Positions 60,529 through 64,000 of a DNA stretch of 64,000 nucleotides are shown piece after piece. Origin of the DNA: an uncultured cyanobacterium (GTDB lineage Bacteria > Cyanobacteriota > Cyanobacteriia > Cyanobacteriales > Cyanobacteriaceae); assembly GCA_963749915.1 (NCBI GenBank), contig CAVVOP010000022.1, positions 1-64,000 of the forward strand, in the 5' to 3' direction. The notes under the pieces are model-generated. The model had not been told where the DNA came from and searched no databases. It saw nothing but the letters and a program-made list of their open reading frames with translations. The position numbers were made by a program, and so were the translations under genes. Numbering within the stretch: the stretch's first letter is position 1; every line of letters starts with the position of its first letter.

Positions 60529-62847
60529 TTAAATTTTTTCTAATTTTGTATGGTTCGGATTGATAATTTTTCTGCCAACTTCAAATTCCACCACTAGGGT
60601 ATTTTTCTTTCCTAATCCTAATAAATGGGTGACAATTCCCGCTCCAAAAGTAGGATGATGTAATTGATCTCCTTCTTGCCAATCATGGGATTGAGAAGGA
60701 GACTCGGATTCTTCTTTTGCTTTTTTGGAAATAGATTGGCGAGAGCGCAAATTGCTGGTAATTAAATCTTGCGGCAATTCTTCCAAAAACTGCGAGGGTA
60801 TGCAATAATCTACATTCCCCCAGGAATATCTTTCTCTGGCGTAGGTGATAAATAATTGTTCTTTAGCTCTTGTTATCCCAACATAACATAGTCGTCTTTC
60901 TTCTTCTAAATCCAGGGGATCTCGTAAGCTACGATTATGGGGTAATAAACCTTGCTCAAAACCAACTAAGAAAACGATGGGAAATTCTAGACCTTTTGCT
61001 GAGTGTAAAGTCATCAAAGAAACTGCTTTTTCCCCTTCTTGAAGGTTGTCTAAATCAGAGGCTAAAGCGGCATTACTTAAAAAACTTTCTAAAGTGGGAT
61101 CCTCATTGTCTTCCTGAAATTGAAGCATGGCATTAACTAATTCATTAAGATTTTCTTCTCGGTTTTCCGCTTCATCCGTGCCTTGTTGTTTTAAATCTTC
61201 TAAATAACCAGAAGTATTGAGAATTTGATTGAGGATTTCAGCGGCGGAATTTTCCTTAATTTTTGTTTGACAATCGGTAATCATCTGAGCAAATTGATTA
61301 ACTTTTTTGGCCGCCTTTCCTGCAATAGTATTAACGGAAGTTTCGTCGTTAATAATCTCCCATAATGGAATATTTAATTGTTGAGAAGCCGTTAATAAAT
61401 TATCAATAGTAGTTTTACCAATGCCTCGACGGGGAGTATTAATAATGCGTAATAAACTAACAGTATCTGCAGGGTTAATGATTAAACGTAAATAAGCCAA
61501 AGCGTCTTTAATTTCTTTTCGTTCATAAAACTTCAAACCACCCACTATATTGTAGGGAATATTTTTGTTAATTAACTCATCTTCAAAAGCACGAGATTGA
61601 GCATTAATACGATATAAAATGGCGAAATGCCCCCAATTTAATTCAGGATTTTCTTGCACTAATTGCGAGATTTTCCGACAAGCAAAACTAGCCTCTTCCC
61701 TTTCATTATCCGCTCGATAAGTGTAGATAGTTTCCCCTTCTCCACGGGTAGCTTTTAACACTTTATCAATGCGCTGAGTATTCTTTTCAATTAAATGATT
61801 GGCTACTTGTAAAATGTTTTCTCTTGAACGATAATTTTCTTCTAATTTAACCATCGTTTTAGTTAAATCGTCTGGCAAATTATCTCCAAAGTCTTCTTGG
61901 AAATTTAATAAAATAGTAAAATCTGCCATGCGGAAAGAATAGATTGATTGATCTGCATCCCCTACCACAAAAACTGATCTATTTTGCCAATTCCACTCTT
62001 TTTTATTCGGTTCGTTATTAGTAGATAAAAGCCGAATTAACTCGTATTGAATCTGATTTGTATCTTGATATTCGTCAACTAAAATATGTTGAAATTGTTG
62101 ATGCCAATAACCTAAAACTGATTCATTTTGTTGAAAAATACGAACAGGAATTAACAATAAATCGTCGAAGTCTAAGGCATTATTAGCTGCTAATTGACCT
62201 TGATATTCTTCGTAAATTTCGGCGATAACCCTTCCCTTATAATCTTGATTTTGTTCAGCGTATTTTTGAGGAGAGAAGCCCAAGTTTTTAATATTACTGA
62301 CTGCATAACGCATTTTTCGAGGTTCAAATTTTTTATCATCAAGATTTAACTTTTTAGTCACAATTTGCTTAAATAAACTTTGCACATCTGACTCATCTAA
62401 AATCGTAAAATTTCTTTGCCAAACTCGTCCTTTATCATCTTGATATTTATTTATATCATAACGGAGAATTTTAGCACATAAACTGTGGAAAGTTCCCACC
62501 CAAAGAGGTTTAATTGTGTTGCGATAAACATTAGACCTAATTTGTTTCTGCTCTAATTCGGGTAATAAATCCCATCTTTGCCCGTGTTTTTCTTCCGCCA
62601 TTCGTTGAGCAAAAATTGTCTCAATTCTTTCTTTCATCTCTCGCGCCGCTTTATTGGTAAAAGTAACAGCTAAAATATTTTCTGGGGCAACTTTATGGGT
62701 TAAAATTAAATTAGCAATACGATAGGTTAACGCTCTAGTTTTTCCTGAACCTGCACCTGCTACTACTAATAAAGGTCCGCAAAAATGTTCCACGGATTGA
62801 CGTTGAGAGAGGTTAAGATGATTGAGAAAATCCAGATTAGAGTTCAT
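60529..62847 (-). CDS. pcrA: ATP-dependent DNA helicase PcrA/UvrD
   Basis: AGAGSGKT, VDEYQD, VGDADQSIY, ENYRS, TLHSAKGLEF, EERRLCYVGITRA. Confidence 0.97.
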   Translation of the reverse strand: MNSNLDFLNHLNLSQRQSVEHFCGPLLVVAGAGSGKTRALTYRIANLILTHKVAPENILAVTFTNKAAREMKERIETIFAQRMAEEKHGQRWDLLPELEQKQIRSNVYRNTIKPLWVGTFHSLCAKILRYDINKYQDDKGRVWQRNFTILDESDVQSLFKQIVTKKLNLDDKKFEPRKMRYAVSNIKNLGFSPQKYAEQNQDYKGRVIAEIYEEYQGQLAANNALDFDDLLLIPVRIFQQNESVLGYWHQQFQHILVDEYQDTNQIQYELIRLLSTNNEPNKKEWNWQNRSVFVVGDADQSIYSFRMADFTILLNFQEDFGDNLPDDLTKTMVKLEENYRSRENILQVANHLIEKNTQRIDKVLKATRGEGETIYTYRADNEREEASFACRKISQLVQENPELNWGHFAILYRINAQSRAFEDELINKNIPYNIVGGLKFYERKEIKDALAYLRLIINPADTVSLLRIINTPRRGIGKTTIDNLLTASQQLNIPLWEIINDETSVNTIAGKAAKKVNQFAQMITDCQTKIKENSAAEILNQILNTSGYLEDLKQQGTDEAENREENLNELVNAMLQFQEDNEDPTLESFLSNAALASDLDNLQEGEKAVSLMTLHSAKGLEFPIVFLVGFEQGLLPHNRSLRDPLDLEEERRLCYVGITRAKEQLFITYARERYSWGNVDYCIPSQFLEELPQDLITSNLRSRQSISKKAKEESESPSQSHDWQEGDQLHHPTFGAGIVTHLLGLGKKNTLVVEFEVGRKIINPNHTKLEKI

Positions 62848-63025
62848 GGGTTGAGGACATTTTAAAGAGCAGCAGACCCCATTTTAGCACAGAATAGCAA
62901 TGGACAATTGATCATGGCAAATAGACAACTAATTTATCCGTAAAGGATTGGTTGAATAAAAGTAAATAAAAATAATTATAAATCAATTAAATTAACATCA
63001 AAATTTTAGGATTAAATCAAACAAT

Positions 63026-63059
63026 AAAAAGAGACATAAATTATTCACTTATGCCTCTT
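63026..63059 (-). terminator. Rho-independent terminator of crhR
   Basis: Minus strand AGAGGCAUAA-loop-UUAUGUCUCU followed by a U-tract. Confidence 0.7.
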
Positions 63060-63072
63060 AATTATTAATTAG

Positions 63073-64000
63073 TTATCTTGCTTTCACGGGGCGATCGTAA
63101 TTACGTTTGGGCTTACCGCTTCCACCACCGCCGTAGCCTTGTTTCCGTTCATAACTACCGCTACCACGACTTCCGTATTTACGTCCTGAAGAACTACCTT
63201 TACGGCCACTAATATTCGGTTTAGGAGTAGATGGAGGTGGCACTTCCCAATCTTGTTGTAACCATGCAGGACAATTGGCATCGTATAAAATTTGTAATGT
63301 TGCCGCAGCGATGGCACTAGGTTCATATTCGCCGTGTAGTTCTTTGATTAAAGGTAAAAAAGAAGCTAACCTTTCACCGGCAAGGGATTCCTTAATTTGT
63401 TCGGTGAGTTTCTGCATCCGCTTGGCTTCCACCGTAGAACGATTAGGGATGTTTTCCACACGGATAGTTTGATTCACACGACGCTCAATTTGACGCAGTA
63501 AACGACGATCGCTAGGTTCAACTAAAGCAATAGCTTTACCCTCTTTTCCTGCCCTTCCTGTGCGCCCGATACGGTGAATATAAGTCTCACTGTTATCAGG
63601 TAAATCAAAATTGAAGACGTGGGTTAAATCGGAAACGTCCAACCCTCTTGCTGCTATATCGGTGGCTACGACGACTTTAACCTTACCTTCACGCCAACGT
63701 TGAATTAAACGTTCCCGTTGTTGTTGGCTTAAGTCACCGTGATATTCGTCCACACTTTGACCAGCTTCCTGTAACTTAGCCGTTACTTCAGAAGCAGTAC
63801 GTTTAGTGCGCACAAAAATAATTGCAGTTTGAGGATCCTCGATTTCCAAAATCGGTTGAATTGCCTTGACTTTTGACCAACCACGAGGCACCATATAAAC
63901 TACTTGGTCAATACGAGAAGGAGTATCTTGGGGTTTTTCTCCTGTAATACTAACGGGATCACGCATAAACTCGTTGACCAACTGCTTGATCTCACGAGGC
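63073..64000 (-). CDS. crhR: DEAD-box RNA helicase (CrhR-like); 5' part lies outside the window
   Basis: AIIFVRTK, YHGDLSQ, ATDIAARGLD, HRIGRTGRAG; frame open to the window edge. Confidence 0.9.
   Translation of the reverse strand, partial: PREIKQLVNEFMRDPVSITGEKPQDTPSRIDQVVYMVPRGWSKVKAIQPILEIEDPQTAIIFVRTKRTASEVTAKLQEAGQSVDEYHGDLSQQQRERLIQRWREGKVKVVVATDIAARGLDVSDLTHVFNFDLPDNSETYIHRIGRTGRAGKEGKAIALVEPSDRRLLRQIERRVNQTIRVENIPNRSTVEAKRMQKLTEQIKESLAGERLASFLPLIKELHGEYEPSAIAAATLQILYDANCPAWLQQDWEVPPPSTPKPNISGRKGSSSGRKYGSRGSGSYERKQGYGGGGSGKPKRNYDRPVKAR

Noticed and set aside
1..64000. CRISPR arrays, tRNA or rRNA genes; remaining antisense ORFs in the track
   Set aside because: No regularly spaced repeat-spacer units or cloverleaf/rRNA signatures seen; antisense ORFs lie within confidently assigned genes

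Overview
Low-GC cyanobacterial chromosome segment. It has many HIP1 GCGATCGC octamers plus ndhM, ycf35/ycf46 and a CAB-tailed ferrochelatase; by inference it is a beta-cyanobacterium of the Geminocystis/Cyanobacterium type. Most of it is housekeeping: hemH, clpP-clpX, ftsQ, ruvX, cinA, lhgO, ppx, mobA, tldD, rpmF (missed by the ORF track), yebC, sqs, ftsY, sixA, gltA, pcrA and a partial crhR. Three accessory zones stand out. (1) 19.7-34.7 kb: five tandem SPINDLY/OGT-like (GT41) glycosyltransferase genes built as DNA mosaics, with near-identical junction, N-terminal and C-terminal blocks around divergent central segments. One copy is doubly inactivated by a deletion and a left-truncated IS4. 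A TPR-like/double-FkbM methyltransferase follows. This is the best candidate for an undescribed, recombination-diversified protein-glycosylation system. (2) 46.3-52.0 kb: two near-identical, internally deleted IS982 copies bracket a DMT transporter, two toxin-antitoxin pairs and MITEs, with a matching TAATTA at the outer ends (possible composite transposon). (3) 57.2-58.6 kb: a proteobacterial/alpha-cyanobacterial-type phosphoribulokinase followed by a GC-rich, twin-GNRA-loop structured element. No rRNA, tRNA or CRISPR array was seen. Family assignments come from motif recognition only; no searches were run.
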